From Patescibacteria group bacterium (GTDB lineage Bacteria; Patescibacteriota; Patescibacteriia; 2-12-FULL-60-25), in assembly GCA_049295615.1 (NCBI GenBank), contig JBAQQZ010000070.1:11265-75264 (forward strand): a stretch of 64,000 bases of DNA, written 5' to 3'. Both the position numbers and the translations under genes were made by a program. The notes under the pieces are model-generated. The model ran no database searches, had not been told where the DNA came from, and worked only from the letters and a program-made list of their open reading frames with translations. Shown here piece by piece: positions 9,340-19,094 of the stretch (its first letter is position 1; the number at the start of each line of letters is the position of its first letter).

Positions 9340-10032
9340 TCAAAACGTCCGCGCCAAGAGCGCCTGGACCGTCAACGGGCCATGCGGTGCACGGATCAGT
9401 GGCGTTTCTTCCAATGCGGCTTCCACAAAGCCTGATGCCGCGGCGAGGACATCGGTCGTCGCCGTGACGCGCAGCACGTCGGCCAACGGCGAACGGCGCA
9501 TGAACGAGACAAGCGCGAGCGACGGGACGGAGGATGTCCCCTCGGCCGGACGTTCGATGGGCGGCGCAAACCCGAGCACGTCGAGCAAACGCAACGTGGC
9601 TGCGGACAAGAGCAACCGCGCACGTTGCGCCGACGGTTCTTCCGGCGTTGTCGCCATGACCGTGATCAACTCTTGCAACGTATAAAAAATCCGTTCATCA
9701 GCGATGCCGGGACGCAAGAGCGCGACGACGAGCCCCGTGAACGCGCCGCAGACGGCGAAAAACGCAAGGCGGTTTTGCTGCATGACATCAAACGGGAAAC
9801 GTGAACCAGCCGCGACCGCAAGCTTATCGAACGCTGCGCCTTTAGCGATCATCACCTGCGCTTCCATGAACGGTTCGAGGTGCCCGGCCTGCTTTGACGC
9901 CGGCAACGACGAGCCACGCGCAACACCAACCAACAACCCATGCTCACGGCCGTACAGCGTGTAACGCCGGTCGTGTTCGCGGTAGGGTTCTTTTTTCAGG
10001 ACAATGACCGTGTCACGGAGGTAGGGCATCAC
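9340..10032 (-). CDS. recO: DNA repair protein RecO
   Basis: N-terminal OB-fold pattern VIVLKKEPYREHDRRYTLYGREHGLLVGVARGS. 4-nt overlap with ruvX. Confidence 0.75.
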   Translation of the reverse strand: MMPYLRDTVIVLKKEPYREHDRRYTLYGREHGLLVGVARGSSLPASKQAGHLEPFMEAQVMIAKGAAFDKLAVAAGSRFPFDVMQQNRLAFFAVCGAFTGLVVALLRPGIADERIFYTLQELITVMATTPEEPSAQRARLLLSAATLRLLDVLGFAPPIERPAEGTSSVPSLALVSFMRRSPLADVLRVTATTDVLAAASGFVEAALEETPLIRAPHGPLTVQALLARTF

Positions 10033-10424
10033 TGCTTATCTAACCACGTCTGCAAAATGTTGGAAGCCGCTAAATCGTCGCGTTTTTCCCTCTCCCCCAT
10101 TTCGGCCGCTTGGCGTGCCGCCATCTTGGACGATAACGTTTCGTCTTGTTCGTGCACCGGGACGCCTAGGCCTTCGATCCCGGCGATAAACTTCCGCACT
10201 TCCCGGACTTGCTCGTTTTCATGTGACGAATCACGCAACGGCCGCGGGATGCCAACGATGATCGTTTCGACCAAGTCACGCACGACGATTTCATGGATCT
10301 TTGCGATCAGCGCTAACGCGCCCTCATTAGTCAACGTTCCCCAGGGATTGGCAATTTTTGATTCGGTATCACCAAGCGCGATGCCCACACGTTTTGCCCC
10401 ATAGTCGATGCCAAGGACACGCAT
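10029..10424 (-). CDS. ruvX: Putative pre-16S rRNA nuclease / Holliday junction resolvase-like YqgF
   Basis: MRVLGIDYGAKRVGIALGD... RNase H-fold YqgF signature. Confidence 0.85.
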   Translation of the reverse strand: MRVLGIDYGAKRVGIALGDTESKIANPWGTLTNEGALALIAKIHEIVVRDLVETIIVGIPRPLRDSSHENEQVREVRKFIAGIEGLGVPVHEQDETLSSKMAARQAAEMGEREKRDDLAASNILQTWLDKQ

Positions 10425-10425
10425 A

Positions 10426-11205
10426 TTAGCGGTCCGGCCACGGCGTCAACAGTTCATACCCCTCATCGGTGACTGCGATGGTGACTTCAAAATGCGCGGC
10501 CAGCGAATGGTCCCGCGTCGCAATCGTCCAACCGTCGTCCTTCATGACGACGCGCCAATCGCCGAGCGTGACCATCGGTTCGATGGCGAGCACCATTCCG
10601 GTTTCGAGCCGTACTTTTGGTGCACGTGGGTCGCGGAAGTTCGGGACTTGCGGTTCTTCATGCACGGCGTGCCCGACGCCATGGCCAACAAGATCTTTCA
10701 CGATGCCGTATTTTTTTGGTTTGAGGTAATCTTCAACAGCTGCGCCGATGTCAGAAATCCACGCACCGGCTTTGACCGCGCTGATGCCGCGGACGAGGGA
10801 TTCGCGGGTGTCTTCGACCAGCTCGCGTGTCTTGTTCGGCACGTCACCGACAATGACGGTCGTTGCCATGTCGGTCGCGAGCTTCTTGTACCAACAGCCG
10901 ATGTCGAGTCCGACGATGTCGCCGTCGCTAACCGTGCGCGGCGGGATGGCCAACCCGTGGACGACTTCGTCGTTGATCGAGATGCAAAGTGTCGACGGGA
11001 ACGGCGGGTCATTGGCAGAAATGCGGTAGCCCAAGAATGACGGCACGCCGCCAGCGTCTTCGATGACTTTACGTGCGATGGCATCGATATCCGCTGTCGA
11101 GGCTCCAGCGACGCAGGCGGCCGCAGATGCACGCAGTGCGCGCGACAAAATCTCTCCGCCTTCGCGCAGGTCCTTGATCTCTTGTGGCGTCTTCTTCAGC
11201 GACAT
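10426..11205 (-). CDS. map: Methionine aminopeptidase type I
   Basis: Pita-bread metal ligand context (DIVGLDIG, VGHGVGHAVHEEP, LAIEPM, AHFEVT). Confidence 0.9.
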   Translation of the reverse strand: MSLKKTPQEIKDLREGGEILSRALRASAAACVAGASTADIDAIARKVIEDAGGVPSFLGYRISANDPPFPSTLCISINDEVVHGLAIPPRTVSDGDIVGLDIGCWYKKLATDMATTVIVGDVPNKTRELVEDTRESLVRGISAVKAGAWISDIGAAVEDYLKPKKYGIVKDLVGHGVGHAVHEEPQVPNFRDPRAPKVRLETGMVLAIEPMVTLGDWRVVMKDDGWTIATRDHSLAAHFEVTIAVTDEGYELLTPWPDR

Positions 11206-11216
11206 ATTGATACAGC

Positions 11217-11873
11217 CTAGCTGGTAAATCCTAATTTGGCCATCTTCTTGATGAGGTCGTCAAACACATATGGGATGGGCTGTTCACCGTTCACCGTGAG
11301 CACGGCACCGTGTTGGCGATAGTAGGTCACGAGTGGCTCGGTCATGAAATGAAACGTCGCGAGGCGCTTGCGGATGGCTTCCTCGGTGTCATCAGCGCGG
11401 GCTTCGAGCTTGCCGCCGCACACGCTGCAAATGCCCGGTTTGGCCGGCGGCACGTCACGCAGATGGAAGGTCGTCTTACAACGGACGCACTGCCTTCGGC
11501 CGAGCAAGCGGCGGACCGCTTCGGCATCGGCGATCTTGAGGTAGATCGCCAGGTTGATTTTCAGTACGCGGTCGAGCTGGATGGCTTGCTCGACGTTGCG
11601 CGGGTAGCCGTCGAGGATGAAACCGCGCGACAAGTCCAGCTTCTTCATGCGCTGGGTGAGCACGGCATTCACGACTTCATCCGGCGCCAACAAACCGCTG
11701 TCAACATAGCTTTGGAGGATCGCGCCGAGTGGTGTTTTTTCGCGGATCTCGTCGCGAAGCAAATCTCCTGCGCCGATCAGCGGGATGTCAAAACGTTCGG
11801 CAAGCAGTTGGCCTTGCGTCCCCTTTCCGCAACCTTGTGGGCCGAATAAAACGGCGTGGATGTGTTTCTTCAT
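11217..11873 (-). CDS. adk: Adenylate kinase with Zn-binding lid
   Basis: P-loop GPQGCGKGTQ. Lid CVRCKTTFH...CSVCGGKL. Confidence 0.92.
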   Translation of the reverse strand: MKKHIHAVLFGPQGCGKGTQGQLLAERFDIPLIGAGDLLRDEIREKTPLGAILQSYVDSGLLAPDEVVNAVLTQRMKKLDLSRGFILDGYPRNVEQAIQLDRVLKINLAIYLKIADAEAVRRLLGRRQCVRCKTTFHLRDVPPAKPGICSVCGGKLEARADDTEEAIRKRLATFHFMTEPLVTYYRQHGAVLTVNGEQPIPYVFDDLIKKMAKLGFTS

Positions 11874-12697
11874 ATGCGGGCCAAAAACCGGAGCACGACA
11901 AACGGCAACGCGGCTCCCAACGCAAGCACAGGCAAGATCGCGCGAGGATGCGTCATCTCGCCACGTGCGAGGATGATGGCGGCGGCCAGGATACCCGCGA
12001 GGACGATGAGCGCTTGCGTCGTCCCTGCAAACGCCGCGCGTGCCACGAGTGCCAGCGGCAAGATGAGGTCACCGCCGCCCAAAAGTGCCGAATGGCGCTT
12101 CATCGCGTCGTCGACCGATACCAGCAGGTCGCGCCAACGGTCCGCAATGACGACGCCCGGCACGATCCCCTGCTTCATGAGTTGCGTTGCCAGCGCCTCG
12201 ATCGCGCCGCCGGGTGGCCCATAAAGCATGTCATACACGACAAACAACACAAGCCCGATGAGCAAGAATTCCGGCGAGAGCCACCCGGCAAAATCAATCG
12301 CCACGCCGGCCGCGCCGAGGAGATAAAATGCGTTGTGGAGGAACACGTTACGCAACAAAAAATGCGCGAGCGTCAGGACCGCGGCGATGAGGAGCGCCCA
12401 GCCCAAGGGCAACACCAACAAAAAAAGATACCAGACGCCGAGGAACAAGGTGATCGTCAACAGGACTTCCCAAAAAAACCGTGATGAGATGCGCCGTACG
12501 ATTGACACCACGGTCCCGACCAAGAGCAAAAGCAGGAAGGCGTATTGCCACGTAGTGACCTCTGTAAAGCCTAACCGTGGCGCAAACTGCATCCGCCAAA
12601 CCACGAAGGTCACGATGAGACCACCCAGCAGAAACAGCAATACGAACATTGCGCGCATAGCGCGTTCGCTCGGTTGCGGACGGGTTTGCTCGGACAT
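11870..12697 (-). CDS. Polytopic membrane protein resembling presenilin/signal-peptide-peptidase (GxGD intramembrane aspartyl protease)
   Basis: VVYDMLYG (YD) ... LLGGGDLILPLALV (GxGD) ... ILPVLALG (PAL-like) across about 8 TM helices. ATGA overlap with adk. Confidence 0.5.
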   Translation of the reverse strand: MSEQTRPQPSERAMRAMFVLLFLLGGLIVTFVVWRMQFAPRLGFTEVTTWQYAFLLLLLVGTVVSIVRRISSRFFWEVLLTITLFLGVWYLFLLVLPLGWALLIAAVLTLAHFLLRNVFLHNAFYLLGAAGVAIDFAGWLSPEFLLIGLVLFVVYDMLYGPPGGAIEALATQLMKQGIVPGVVIADRWRDLLVSVDDAMKRHSALLGGGDLILPLALVARAAFAGTTQALIVLAGILAAAIILARGEMTHPRAILPVLALGAALPFVVLRFLARI

Positions 12698-12709
12698 GGT
12701 CAGACGCTT

Positions 12710-12946
12710 TTACCACGCGTGGCCAGGAAAAAACACGTTCTCCAATTCGTGGCGTTGGTTGTCGGTCAAACTCCCGAGGCCTTGCATCGACTGCAGCCCC
12801 CGACGAAACGATTCTGGATACCAATCCCCCGCATCGCTCAAATGGATGATGAGATCGGCGACCGAGCTACGCGTGCTCTCGGACAAGGAGGACATGCCGA
12901 ACAGCTTAGAACGGACTTGGTCGTGGGTGAGGTTGATGTTGGCCAT
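12710..12946 (-). CDS. Hypothetical small protein (78 aa) between secY and the GxGD membrane protein
   Basis: ORF in operon orientation. No motif recognised. Confidence 0.4.
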   Translation of the reverse strand: MANINLTHDQVRSKLFGMSSLSESTRSSVADLIIHLSDAGDWYPESFRRGLQSMQGLGSLTDNQRHELENVFFPGHAW

Positions 12947-13011
12947 ATGGGCACAGGATAGCTGGAGTTGGCTGAAACGAAAACATCGCCCGCAGGCGAT
13001 GTTTTGTCTTG

Positions 13012-14289
13012 CTAGTACGCGTCGTACTCACGCATGGTGAGCTGTGACTCGACTTGTTTGACGGCTTCGATGATGACCGACACGACGATCAGGAGCGAGG
13101 TGCCGCCGATGGCGAGCGTCTTGGAGCCACCGACGCCTTGGATCGCCAGCGGCAAGACGGCAATCGTCGCCAAGAACAGCGCACCGATCAGGTTGAGGCG
13201 GTTGACGATCGATTGGAGGTAGTCCGCCGTGGGCTTGCCGGGACGGATGCCGGGGATGAAACCACCCTGCTTCTGCAAGTTTTCGGCGACTTGTTCGGGG
13301 TGGAACACGACCGTGGCGTAGAAGAACGTGAAGATCACGACGAGCAGGAAGTACACCACGCCGTAGACCGTCTGGTTCTGCACGATGTTCACGATCCAGG
13401 TCGCAGCGGCCGCGACCCACGCGGTCTTGGCATTGATGAAGAACTGCGCGACGACGGTCGGGAAGAGCAAGATGGAAATGGCGAAGATGATCGGGATGAC
13501 GCCTGCCATGTTGACGCGCAACGGCAAGCTCGTCATGACGCCGCCGGTCGCGGTGCCTTGGCCGCGCACTTGGCGCGCATATTGCACGGGGATGTTGCGC
13601 TGGCCTTCGGTGATGAACACGACGCCGACGATGGTGATGACGGCGACGACCGCGTAGGCGGCGTAGGTCAGGAACTGGCTCGAATCGTAGGTCGCGAGCA
13701 ATTGCCCGACGGAACCTGGCAAGCTCGCCAAGATGCCGGCCATGATGATGAGCGACACGCCATTGCCGACTTTCTTTTCGGAGATCAACTCACCGACCCA
13801 CATCAGGAACACCGTGCCGGCCGTGACCGTACAGATGAGCGTGATCAGGTGCAGGATGTCGGTCTGGGTGAGGATCGGGAATTGGGACTGCTTGAGCAAC
13901 TGGATCAAGCCGAACGATTGGATGATGGCGAGCGGCACGGTCAGCAAGCGCGTCCATTGGTTGATGCGTTGCTGCCCTTGCTCGCCTTCCTTTTGGATTT
14001 CCTCAAGCCGCGGGACGATCATCGTCAGCAGCTGCAAGATGATCGAAGCCGTGATGTACGGCGCGACGCCGAGTGCGACAACGGCGAAGTTCTTGATCGT
14101 GCCGCCGGAAAACAGGTTCAACAAGCCGAGGACTTGGTTGGCCGCGAAGTACCGTTGCAGCTGGACGAGGTCGATGCCCGGCAGTGGGATGTGTGCGCAA
14201 AACCGGAACAGCACCATCATGGCAAAGACGAAGAGCAGCCCGTTACGGACTTCCTTCACGCGCCAGATGGCTTGGAGTTTTTCCCACAT
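13012..14289 (-). CDS. secY: Preprotein translocase subunit SecY
   Basis: 10-TM SecY sequence (LNLFSGGTIKNFAVVALGVAPYITASIILQLL...) following rplO. Confidence 0.95.
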   Translation of the reverse strand: MWEKLQAIWRVKEVRNGLLFVFAMMVLFRFCAHIPLPGIDLVQLQRYFAANQVLGLLNLFSGGTIKNFAVVALGVAPYITASIILQLLTMIVPRLEEIQKEGEQGQQRINQWTRLLTVPLAIIQSFGLIQLLKQSQFPILTQTDILHLITLICTVTAGTVFLMWVGELISEKKVGNGVSLIIMAGILASLPGSVGQLLATYDSSQFLTYAAYAVVAVITIVGVVFITEGQRNIPVQYARQVRGQGTATGGVMTSLPLRVNMAGVIPIIFAISILLFPTVVAQFFINAKTAWVAAAATWIVNIVQNQTVYGVVYFLLVVIFTFFYATVVFHPEQVAENLQKQGGFIPGIRPGKPTADYLQSIVNRLNLIGALFLATIAVLPLAIQGVGGSKTLAIGGTSLLIVVSVIIEAVKQVESQLTMREYDAY

Positions 14290-14295
14290 AGGATT

Positions 14296-14793
14296 TTAGC
14301 GGGACGCTTTTTTGGAGGTTTTGGATGATGGGGCTTTTTCGTTCTTGTCTTTGACCATGGTAAACGACCCGCCAGCTTTTTCGACAGCCGCCTTGGCTGG
14401 CGCGCTGGCAAGCACATTGACGAAGGTGAGTGCTTTGGTGGCGTTTGTGCCGACGACTTTGGCGAGCAAGGACGACTTCGTCATCAGGCCTTTGGCCTTG
14501 AGCGCACGCACATCGATCTTCTCGTTGGCGGCAAAAGCGGCTTCGACGCGTTCAATAGGCAGCGTCACGGGCTTGGTGTACCGGCTCTGGAAACCGCGCA
14601 ACTTGGGGAACGACAACAGCATCTGCTTCAAGCCCTTGAGCTTGAGACGGTTGCGGCCGCCCGAACGGGCGCGTTGGCCTTTGGTGCCTTTGCCGGCCGT
14701 CGTGCCGCGGCCCGAAGCATTCCCGCGGCCGATGCGGAACGACTTGCTGCGTGCGCCTTTGGCCGGCGCGAGCGTGGAAATTGAGAGTGTCAT
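14296..14793 (-). CDS. rplO: 50S ribosomal protein L15
   Basis: GRGNASGRGTTAGKGTKGQRARSG motif. Operon position. Confidence 0.93.
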   Translation of the reverse strand: MTLSISTLAPAKGARSKSFRIGRGNASGRGTTAGKGTKGQRARSGGRNRLKLKGLKQMLLSFPKLRGFQSRYTKPVTLPIERVEAAFAANEKIDVRALKAKGLMTKSSLLAKVVGTNATKALTFVNVLASAPAKAAVEKAGGSFTMVKDKNEKAPSSKTSKKASR

Positions 14794-14797
14794 ACGT

Positions 14798-15502
14798 TTA
14801 GGAAGCGGCTTCCGTGCCAGGCTTGGTTGCGAGCTTCAGCTTCTTGAGCGCCATCATAGCGCATTTCACGTTGTTGATCTTGTTGGCAGAACCGAGGATC
14901 TTGGACACGACGTTTGGCACGCCAGCCAACTCGAGCACGATGCGCACGGCACCGCCGGCTTTCACTCCCGTGCCTTTCGGGGCTGGTTTGAGCAGGACTT
15001 GTGCGGCCGCGTACTTTGCCATGACCGGATGCGGGATGGTGTCATACACCAACGGGACGGTGATGAGCGACTTGCGTGCTTTGGCCGTGGCCTTGGCGGT
15101 TGCCGCAGCGACGTCGACGCCTTTGGCGAGGCCAAAGCCGACGCGGCCCTTGCGGTTGCCGATGACGGTCAACACGCGGAAGCGCATGCGCTTGCCGCCC
15201 TTGGTCACGCGCGTCACGCGCGCGACTTCGATGTTCTTTTCTTCGTAATCGGATTCGACCTGCTGGTCGCCATCACGGCGCGGGCCACCGGGGCGGCCGC
15301 CACGGCCACCTGGACCACCACGTCCGCGTCCGCCAGGACCACCCGGACCACGCGAGAACCCAAAGCGTCCGCCACGGGCGTTCTGCGGGCCGTTGCCTTT
15401 GGCTGCTGCAGTCGGAGCCCCGGTGGCCACCGGGGCTTCTGGGGCGGGAGCCGGAGCCGAGCTGGGCTCGACCGGGGCTGTTGGTTTGATGTCGTCAGTC
15501 AT
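14798..15502 (-). CDS. rpsE: 30S ribosomal protein S5 with ~75-aa Gly/Arg/Pro-rich N-terminal extension
   Basis: VARVTRVTKGGKRMRFRVLTVIGNRKGRVGFGLAK core. Only 4 nt separate it from rplO, so there is no L30 gene. Confidence 0.93.
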   Translation of the reverse strand: MTDDIKPTAPVEPSSAPAPAPEAPVATGAPTAAAKGNGPQNARGGRFGFSRGPGGPGGRGRGGPGGRGGRPGGPRRDGDQQVESDYEEKNIEVARVTRVTKGGKRMRFRVLTVIGNRKGRVGFGLAKGVDVAAATAKATAKARKSLITVPLVYDTIPHPVMAKYAAAQVLLKPAPKGTGVKAGGAVRIVLELAGVPNVVSKILGSANKINNVKCAMMALKKLKLATKPGTEAAS

Positions 15503-15513
15503 AATAGGAAAAT

Positions 15514-15867
15514 TTAAAACGTCAGGCCGCCGGCACGGGCGCCGTCTGCCAGCGCCTTTACGCGTCCGTGGTATTTCTTATCGCGGCGGTCAAACACGAC
15601 GCTCAAGACCTTCTTGGCCATGGCGCGTTCAGCCAAAATCTTGCCGACTTCGGTGGCGATTTCGGCTTTCTTGAGGCCTTTGGCTTTCACGTCCGCATCA
15701 GAAGCGGCCGCCAATGTCTTGCCCACGCTGTCGTCGATGACTTGGGCGTAGATGTGCGCCAACGTGCGGCGCACGGTCAGGCGCGGCCGTTCGGCGGTGC
15801 CGGTGACCTTGGCGCGGACGCGCGCGATGCGGCGCCCCTTGCTCTCGGTTTTGGATGCTCGTTTCAT
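15514..15867 (-). CDS. rplR: 50S ribosomal protein L18
   Basis: [20 protein letters not shown]...[22 protein letters not shown]. Confidence 0.93.
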   Translation of the reverse strand: MKRASKTESKGRRIARVRAKVTGTAERPRLTVRRTLAHIYAQVIDDSVGKTLAAASDADVKAKGLKKAEIATEVGKILAERAMAKKVLSVVFDRRDKKYHGRVKALADGARAGGLTF

Positions 15868-15871
15868 ATGG

Positions 15872-16426
15872 TTAGGCGGACTTGGCAGCGGCCTTCCCGG
15901 CCTTGCGCTTGATGGTTTCAGTCGTGTACTTGATGCCCTTGCCCTTGTACGGTTCCGGCTTGCGGATGCGGCGGATCTGCGCCGTGGTCTCGCCGACGAG
16001 GTGCTTGTCGATGCCGATGATCGTCACGATCTGCTTGTCGACTTTGGCCTCGATCCCTTTCGGGAGCTGGAAGACGACCGGATGCGAGAACCCGACTTCG
16101 ATGTTGAGCTTGTCTGCTCCGGCAGCGGCGACCTTGAAGCCGACGCCCACGAATTCGAGCTGCTTCTCAAACGGCTTCTGCACGCCTTCGACGGCGTTCG
16201 AGATCAGCTGGCGCATGAGCCCCCAGAGCGCGCGCTGGCTCTTGTCGGTTTCGTCCTTGACCGCGACGTCGAGAGCCTTGGGGTCGGCAGACTGAGAGAC
16301 GGAGACCGAAGGATGCAGCTGGATGGCCAGCGTGCCCTTGGGTCCTTTGACGCTCACTTCCGACTCGCTGATGGTGGCATCAACGCCTGGCGGGAGGAGG
16401 ATGGGTTTCTTTCCGATGCGTGACAT
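15872..16426 (-). CDS. rplF: 50S ribosomal protein L6
   Basis: [15 protein letters not shown]... [10 protein letters not shown]. Confidence 0.93.
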   Translation of the reverse strand: MSRIGKKPILLPPGVDATISESEVSVKGPKGTLAIQLHPSVSVSQSADPKALDVAVKDETDKSQRALWGLMRQLISNAVEGVQKPFEKQLEFVGVGFKVAAAGADKLNIEVGFSHPVVFQLPKGIEAKVDKQIVTIIGIDKHLVGETTAQIRRIRKPEPYKGKGIKYTTETIKRKAGKAAAKSA

Positions 16427-16427
16427 A

Positions 16428-16820
16428 TTAGTAGACTTCGCAAATGATCTCGCCGCCGAGCTTGCGCTTGCGGGCTTCTTTGTTGGTCATGACGCCGGCC
16501 GAGGTCGAGACAATGGCGATGCCGATGTCGGACAACACGCGCGGCAATTCACCGGCGCCGCGGTACACGCGCAGGCCAGGCTTCGAGATGCGCTTGATGG
16601 CGCGGATCATCGGCTCTTTGCCGTTGTACTTCAAGGCGACGGTGAGCGTCTTCTTGCTGCCTTCGGCGCTCTCGGCAACGGCGCCGACGAAGCCTTCGCG
16701 CTGCAGGATCTTGGCGATCATGAGCTTCATGCGTGAGGACGGCAACGCGACCGTCTCAAGGCGGGCGTCGTAGGCGTTGCGGATGCGGGTCAGGAAATCG
16801 CTGATGGGGTCGGTATGCAT
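16428..16820 (-). CDS. rpsH: 30S ribosomal protein S8
   Basis: DPISDFLTRIRNA...GGEIICEVY. Confidence 0.93.
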   Translation of the reverse strand: MHTDPISDFLTRIRNAYDARLETVALPSSRMKLMIAKILQREGFVGAVAESAEGSKKTLTVALKYNGKEPMIRAIKRISKPGLRVYRGAGELPRVLSDIGIAIVSTSAGVMTNKEARKRKLGGEIICEVY

Positions 16821-16827
16821 AACATTT

Positions 16828-17013
16828 TTACCAGCTAGACTTGGTCACGCCCGGGAGTTCGCCGCGGCTGGCGAGCTCACGGAAACAGATGCGGCAGATG
16901 CCGAAGTCCCGGATGAAGCCATGGCGACGGCCACAGCGCCAGCACCGGCGGATGGTGCGGGTCGAGAACTTGGGTTTGCGGTTCGCTTTCGCGACTTGTG
17001 ATTTGGTTGCCAT
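16828..17013 (-). CDS. rpsZ: 30S ribosomal protein S14, zinc-ribbon (type Z) form
   Basis: 61 aa. [23 protein letters not shown]. Confidence 0.92.
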   Translation of the reverse strand: MATKSQVAKANRKPKFSTRTIRRCWRCGRRHGFIRDFGICRICFRELASRGELPGVTKSSW

Positions 17014-17016
17014 AGT

Positions 17017-17553
17017 CTAGTTATTGAAGGGAAAGCCCAGAGCCTTGAGGAGCGCCGTGCCGTTCTTGCGGGTCTTGGCGGTCGTCGTGACCGTGACTTG
17101 GAGCCCGTGCACGCGCTCGACTTCGTCGGGACGGATCTCGGGGAAGGCCAGGAATTCGCGGAAGCCGATCGAGATGTTGCCGGTGGCGTCGACGTGCGCG
17201 GCCGAGATGCCGCGGAAGTCGCGCACGCGCGGGAACGTCACGTTGAGGAACTTGTCGAGGAAGTGCCACATGCGGGCGCCACGCAAGGTGACACGCATGC
17301 CGACGGCCATCCCCTCGCGGATCTTGAAGTTGGAAATGGACTTCTTGGCCTTGGTCTTGACCGGCTTCTGGCCCGTGATGCGGGTCAGAGTGCTTTCGGC
17401 GATCTCGATGAACTTGGGGTCCTTGAGCCCGTGCGACAAGCCGACCGACAGCGTGACAGACACGACTTTCGGCACGGCGTTGGGGTTCGTAATGCCGAGC
17501 TCCGTCTGGAGCTTGGGCAGGACTTCGGTGGTGTAGCGTTCTTTGAGCGTCAT
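17017..17553 (-). CDS. rplE: 50S ribosomal protein L5
   Basis: Sequence and operon position (KSISNFKIREGMAVGMRVTLRG). Confidence 0.93.
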   Translation of the reverse strand: MTLKERYTTEVLPKLQTELGITNPNAVPKVVSVTLSVGLSHGLKDPKFIEIAESTLTRITGQKPVKTKAKKSISNFKIREGMAVGMRVTLRGARMWHFLDKFLNVTFPRVRDFRGISAAHVDATGNISIGFREFLAFPEIRPDEVERVHGLQVTVTTTAKTRKNGTALLKALGFPFNN

Positions 17554-17559
17554 ATGCGT

Positions 17560-17829
17560 TTAGGCCTTGGGCTTTTTGGAATGGCGCACCGGCTTGTTGT
17601 CGGAACCCATCGGCTGGACGTTCGAGATGTGGATGGGCATGAAGAATTCGACAACTTGGCCCTTTTGGCCTTCACTCTGCGTCTTCAAGTGGCGCTTGGA
17701 GGCGTTGACGCCCTCGACCACGACACGTTGGAGACGGGGAAACACCTGCAAGACCTTGCCGGTTTTCCCTTTGTCTTTGCCGACCAGGACTTTGACCTGG
17801 TCGCCTGATTTGATGAGGAGTTTTTGCAT
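17560..17829 (-). CDS. rplX: 50S ribosomal protein L24
   Basis: MQKLLIKSGDQVKVLVGKDKGKTGKV KOW motif. Start trimmed to the ATG 4 nt after the rplN stop. Confidence 0.9.
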   Translation of the reverse strand: MQKLLIKSGDQVKVLVGKDKGKTGKVLQVFPRLQRVVVEGVNASKRHLKTQSEGQKGQVVEFFMPIHISNVQPMGSDNKPVRHSKKPKA

Positions 17830-17833
17830 AGGC

Positions 17834-18205
17834 TTAGACGACTTCCGGGGCCAGGGACAAAATCTTGGAGAAACCCTTGGCGCGCAATTCGCGGGCCACC
17901 GGGCCAAAGATGCGCGTGCCCTTGGGTTCCTTGTTCTTCTTGTCGACGATCACGGCGGCGTTGTCGTCAAACCGGATGTACGTGCCATCAGCGCGGCGCG
18001 TTTCCTTGTGGACGCGGACGAGCACGGCATGCACGACGTCGGATTTCTTGACGGCGCCGCGTGGGTCGGCGCTCTTCACGACACAGGTGACGATGTCCCC
18101 CAAACCGGCCGCGTGCTTTTGGTAACCGCCGAGCACGCGGATACACTGGAGCAATTTAGCCCCAGAGTTGTCGGCGACGGCGAGCATTGTGCGATGTTGG
18201 ACCAT
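17834..18205 (-). CDS. rplN: 50S ribosomal protein L14
   Basis: [17 protein letters not shown]... Confidence 0.95.
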   Translation of the reverse strand: MVQHRTMLAVADNSGAKLLQCIRVLGGYQKHAAGLGDIVTCVVKSADPRGAVKKSDVVHAVLVRVHKETRRADGTYIRFDDNAAVIVDKKNKEPKGTRIFGPVARELRAKGFSKILSLAPEVV

Positions 18206-18215
18206 AGCGTTTTGG

Positions 18216-18479
18216 TTAGGCGGCTTTCACCGTGCGCACGAAACGCCAGCGCTTTTCTTTAGACAGCGGGCGCGTCTCTTCGACCTCAACCAAGTCACCG
18301 ACGTGGGCAGCGCCCTTCTCATCGTGGACCTTGAGTTTGGTCGACACCGTGAAGTACTTTCCGTACTTCTCGTGGGCGACGCGGCGGTCGATGCGGATCA
18401 CGACCGTCTTGGCCATCTTCGTAGAAACGACGATGCCCTCGAGGTGGCGGCGCATGGTGGTGGATTCAGGGGTGGTCAT
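18216..18479 (-). CDS. rpsQ: 30S ribosomal protein S17
   Basis: [30 protein letters not shown]. Confidence 0.92.
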   Translation of the reverse strand: MTTPESTTMRRHLEGIVVSTKMAKTVVIRIDRRVAHEKYGKYFTVSTKLKVHDEKGAAHVGDLVEVEETRPLSKEKRWRFVRTVKAA

Positions 18480-18670
18480 ACGGTTGGGGTGGTTTGGCGG
18501 AGGATCGTCAGGACGCGGGCGAGGTCGCGCTTCAAGTCGCGCAAGTCGCGGACTTTCTTGGACTGGTGCATGGCGACGGCAAACTCGGCGTCATGGAGCT
18601 TTGCGCGGAGCTCTTGCTCGAGGCGTTCGAGCTCTTGGGGGGTGCGCTGGCGGAGGTCAGTGAGTTCCAT
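18476..18670 (-). CDS. rpmC: 50S ribosomal protein L29
   Basis: MELTDLRQRTPQELERLEQELR... Start trimmed. 4-nt overlap with rpsQ. Confidence 0.88.
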   Translation of the reverse strand: MELTDLRQRTPQELERLEQELRAKLHDAEFAVAMHQSKKVRDLRDLKRDLARVLTILRQTTPTV

Positions 18671-18671
18671 A

Positions 18672-19085
18672 TCAGTTTTTGGTGATGTACCGGACCGTGC
18701 ACGGCAGCTTATACCCGGCGAGCACCAAGGCTTCCTTGGCCTGGTCGGGCGCGATGCCATCCATCTCAAACATCATGGTTCCGATCTTGACCGGCACGAC
18801 GTAGTGGTCGACGGCACCCTTGCCGGAACCCATCGGCACTTCATTGCCTTTCTTGGTGATCGGCTTGTCCGGGAAGATGCGGATCCAGATCTTGCCGCCG
18901 CGCTTGGTGTAGCGCGTCAGCACGCGGCGCACGGCTTCGATCTGCTGGGAGCTGATCCAGGCCGGCGACGTGGCCTTGAGGCCGTACGAACCGAAGGCCA
19001 ACTCGATCTTGTCGGTCGCCTTGCGGATGTTGCGCGCGCGGCCCTTGTGCCACTTGCGGTGTTTGACTTTCTTGGGGATCAACAT
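18672..19085 (-). CDS. rplP: 50S ribosomal protein L16
   Basis: [16 protein letters not shown]... Confidence 0.95.
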   Translation of the reverse strand: MLIPKKVKHRKWHKGRARNIRKATDKIELAFGSYGLKATSPAWISSQQIEAVRRVLTRYTKRGGKIWIRIFPDKPITKKGNEVPMGSGKGAVDHYVVPVKIGTMMFEMDGIAPDQAKEALVLAGYKLPCTVRYITKN

Positions 19086-19094
19086 ACGCAGGGG

